Of a DNA stretch of 32,000 nucleotides, positions 28,605 to 32,000 are shown one piece after another. The translations under genes and the position numbers were made by a program. The stretch is from an uncultured Actinomycetes bacterium (GTDB lineage Bacteria; Actinomycetota; Actinomycetes; S36-B12; CAIYMF01). Below the pieces are notes generated by a model that searched no databases, was not told where the DNA came from, and saw nothing but the letters and a program-made list of their open reading frames with translations. The stretch lies in assembly GCA_963843975.1 (NCBI GenBank), contig CAWJMG010000003.1, positions 630,001-662,000 on the forward strand, written 5' to 3'. Position 1 is the stretch's first letter. The number at the start of each line of letters is the position of its first letter.

Positions 28605-28699
28605 AGCGTCCGACGCGACCTGCTCGCTCGAGTTTCGGCAGCGTTTCCGGATCGGGGTCGGGGAGCGAGGTCGTTGACGTGGGTGGCAGGATGCCCGCC

Positions 28700-29683
28700 A
28701 TGGCAATGACGGCAGCGGTCAAGGACGAGCTCGCGCGTCTCAAGGTCACCAAGCCCTGCTGCCGCAAGGCCGAGGTCTCCGCGATCCTGCGCTTCGCCTC
28801 CGGGCTGCACATCGTGGGCGGCAAGATCGTGATCGAGGCCGACCTCGACACCGCCATCGCGGCGCGGCGCCTGCGTCGCGACATCAGCGAGGTCTTCGGT
28901 CACGCCAGCGAGATGGCCGTGATCCACCCGGGCGGCCTGCGCAAGGGCAACCGCTACCTCGTCCGAGTCCACGCCGATGGCGAGCAGCTCGCTCGTCAGA
29001 CCGGTCTCGTCGACGCCAGCGGCCGCCCCGCCCGCGGTCTCCCGACGTCCATCGTGAACGGTTCGCTCTGCGACTCCGAGGCCGCCTGGCGCGGCGCGTT
29101 CCTCGCTCACGGGTCCCTCACCGAGCCCGGACGCTCCTCCGCGCTCGAAGTGACGTGCCCGGGGCCCGAGGCTGCGCTCGCGCTGTCCGGCGCGGCCCGC
29201 CGCCTCGGGATCGCAGCCAAGCCCCGCGAGGTCCGCGGCGTCGACCGTGTCGTCATCCGAGACGGAGACGCCATCGCGGCCCTGCTCACGCGCCTGGGTG
29301 CGCACGAGTCGGTGCTTGCGTGGGAGGAGCGGCGCATGCGCCGCGAGGTCCGCGCCACCGCGAACCGTCTCGCCAACTTCGACGACGCCAACCTTCGCCG
29401 CTCGGCCCGTGCGGCTGTCGCGGCCGGTGCGCGCGTGCAGCGTGCCCTCGAGATCCTCGGTGACGAGGTGCCCGACCACCTGGCCGACGCCGGCAAGCTC
29501 CGGATGGAGCACCAGCAGGCCTCGCTCGAGGAGCTCGGCGCGCTGGCTGACCCGCCCATGACCAAGGACGCGATCGCCGGCCGCATCCGCCGCCTGCTCG
29601 CCCTCGCCGACAAGCGGGCCCAGGAGCTCGGCATCCCCGACACCGAGGCCGGGATCCCGGCCGACCTGGTGGACGCCGACTAA
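28700..29683 (+). CDS. whiA: DNA-binding sporulation / cell-division regulator WhiA
   Basis: '[39 protein letters not shown]' is the canonical WhiA N-terminus. It also has degenerate LAGLIDADG-type domains and a C-terminal HTH. The start is set at ATG 28700. Confidence 0.95.
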   Translation: MAMTAAVKDELARLKVTKPCCRKAEVSAILRFASGLHIVGGKIVIEADLDTAIAARRLRRDISEVFGHASEMAVIHPGGLRKGNRYLVRVHADGEQLARQTGLVDASGRPARGLPTSIVNGSLCDSEAAWRGAFLAHGSLTEPGRSSALEVTCPGPEAALALSGAARRLGIAAKPREVRGVDRVVIRDGDAIAALLTRLGAHESVLAWEERRMRREVRATANRLANFDDANLRRSARAAVAAGARVQRALEILGDEVPDHLADAGKLRMEHQQASLEELGALADPPMTKDAIAGRIRRLLALADKRAQELGIPDTEAGIPADLVDAD

Positions 29684-29729
29684 GGCTGCGCTTACGTGAC
29701 CGGCGCCCTACTCCCGGGTAGCGGGAGGG

Positions 29730-29747
29730 CCCGCAAGCGCTTGCGGG
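29730..29747 (+). terminator. Palindromic hairpin after whiA
   Basis: Perfect palindrome CCCGCAAGC/GCTTGCGGG at 29730-29747, 47 nt after the whiA stop. Confidence 0.5.
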
Positions 29748-29791
29748 ATTCGGATAGGGTCGCTTTAGCCACGTGGGCGCGTACCCCGTAG

Positions 29792-30859
<1,068 letters not shown>

Positions 30860-30877
30860 ACCAGCGGGACTGACCAC

Positions 30878-32000
30878 GTGAAGACGATCGACGACCTCGA
30901 CGTCGCCGGTCGCCGGGTCCTCGTGCGGGCGGACTTCAACGTCCCGCTCGAGGACGCCGGCGACGGCACCCGTCGCATCACCGACGACGGCCGCATCCGT
31001 GCGGCGCTGCCGACCATCGAGGCCCTCCGCGGCCGCGGTGCTCGCGTCGTCCTCGTCGCCCACCTCGGCCGTCCGAAGGGGGAGGCCAAGCCCGAGCTGT
31101 CGCTCGCGCCCGTCGCCGCCCGTCTCGGCGAGCTGCTGGGCACCCCGGTGACCTTCGCCACCGACGTCACCGGCCCCTCGGCGCAGGCCGTCGTGGCCGG
31201 GCTCGGCGACGGCGACGTCGCCCTGCTCCAGAACGTCCGCTACGACGCCCGCGAGACCAGCAAGGACCCCGCCGAGCGCGGAGCCCTCGCGGCCGAGCTG
31301 GCCTCGCTCGCGGACGCCTTCGTGAGCGAGGGCTTCGGCGTCGTCCACCGCGAGCAGGCCAGCGTCACCGACGTCGCGCGGCTCCTCCCGCACGCCGCCG
31401 GCCAGCTGGTGCTGTCCGAGGTGCAGGTCTTCCGCAAGGTCCTGGGCGACCCCGACCGGCCCTACGCGGTCGTGCTCGGCGGCTCGAAGGTCAGCGACAA
31501 GCTCGCTGTCATCAACAACCTGCTGCAGTCGGTCGACCGGCTGCTCGTGGGAGGTGGCATGTGCTTCACGTTCCTGGCCGCCCAGGGCCACCGTGTGGGC
31601 TCCTCGCTCCTCGAGGCCGACCAGATCGACACCGTGAAGGGCCTCATCGCCACGGCGTCCGAGAAGGGCGTCGAGCTCGTCCTGCCGGTCGACGTCGTCG
31701 TCGCGACCGCGTTCTCGGCCGACGCCGAGCACAAGGTCGTCGCGGTCGACTCGATCGAGGACGGCTGGATGGGCCTGGACATCGGCCCGAAGAGCCGCGA
31801 GCTCTTCGCCGCCGCCCTGGCCGACGCCAAGACCGTCGTCTGGAACGGGCCCATGGGCGTGTTCGAGCTGGCGCCGTACGCCGAGGGCACCCGCGCGGTG
31901 GCCGAGGCGATCACCCACGTCGACGGGCTCTCTGTCGTCGGTGGTGGCGACTCCGCCGCCGCCGTGCGCCTGCTGGGCATCGACGAGGCCGGCTTCTCCC
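30878..32000 (+). CDS. pgk: Phosphoglycerate kinase (3' end beyond the window)
   Basis: GTG 30878. '[11 protein letters not shown]', 'AHLGRPKG', 'GGSKVSDK', 'WNGPMGVFE' and '[11 protein letters not shown]'. The frame stays open to the window edge. It is absent from the ORF track, which lists only complete ORFs. Confidence 0.95.
   Translation, partial: MKTIDDLDVAGRRVLVRADFNVPLEDAGDGTRRITDDGRIRAALPTIEALRGRGARVVLVAHLGRPKGEAKPELSLAPVAARLGELLGTPVTFATDVTGPSAQAVVAGLGDGDVALLQNVRYDARETSKDPAERGALAAELASLADAFVSEGFGVVHREQASVTDVARLLPHAAGQLVLSEVQVFRKVLGDPDRPYAVVLGGSKVSDKLAVINNLLQSVDRLLVGGGMCFTFLAAQGHRVGSSLLEADQIDTVKGLIATASEKGVELVLPVDVVVATAFSADAEHKVVAVDSIEDGWMGLDIGPKSRELFAAALADAKTVVWNGPMGVFELAPYAEGTRAVAEAITHVDGLSVVGGGDSAAAVRLLGIDEAGFS

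Larger units (their letters stand above)
25875..28699. mobile_element. Putative horizontally acquired insertion (REP13E12-like HNH element plus two small orphan genes) splitting yvcK and whiA
   Basis: Its left part is visibly less GC-rich, and codon third positions are more A/T than in the flanking core genes. The content is unrelated to the conserved rapZ-yvcK-whiA unit. No integrase, transposase or flanking direct repeats were found. Confidence 0.45.

Noticed and set aside
25875-28699. Integrase, transposase, inverted terminal repeats or target-site duplication flanking the yvcK-whiA insertion
   Set aside because: None was found by eye at either boundary. The element is therefore reported as a putative insertion, with mobility unproven.

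Overview
This is a high-GC (visibly above 70% in core genes) actinobacterial chromosomal segment. Gene order and protein sequences suggest a Micrococcales/Cellulomonas-like organism, but that is inference only. The backbone is the conserved Gram-positive housekeeping block: rpsA, coaE, uvrB, two tandem terC-family genes, uvrA, an exported Rieske protein, uvrC, rapZ, yvcK, whiA, gap and pgk (3' end cut off). Two accessory stretches interrupt it. (1) At 9360-15790 there is a tightly coupled five-gene operon: a BcsA/CslA-like processive GT2 synthase, a 56-aa single-TM micro-protein, an AT3-SGNH O-acyltransferase, a membrane-anchored GH6 glucanase and a UDP-glucose 6-dehydrogenase. It sits behind an unusually long 516-nt non-coding leader. 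I read it as a synthase-dependent exopolysaccharide system, possibly making an O-acylated and/or glucuronate-containing beta-glucan, with an accessory gene set I do not recognise as a described system. (2) At 25875-28699 a lower-GC insertion splits the normally contiguous yvcK-whiA pair. It carries two small acidic orphan proteins, one immunity-protein-like and possibly frameshifted, followed by a DUF222/HNH (REP13E12-type) nuclease with a divergent zinc knuckle. Close matches to the mycobacterial RecA-independent (PafBC-type) DNA-damage promoter motif, TGTCRGTG-N8-TAnnnT, lie in front of uvrB (exact; predicts a leaderless mRNA) and uvrA (one mismatch). No rRNA, tRNA, CRISPR array, transposase or integrase was seen. 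Many long ORFs in the supplied track are antisense or out-of-frame artefacts of high GC content. Several true genes start downstream of the track's first start codon. All family assignments come from motifs read by eye. No database search was possible.
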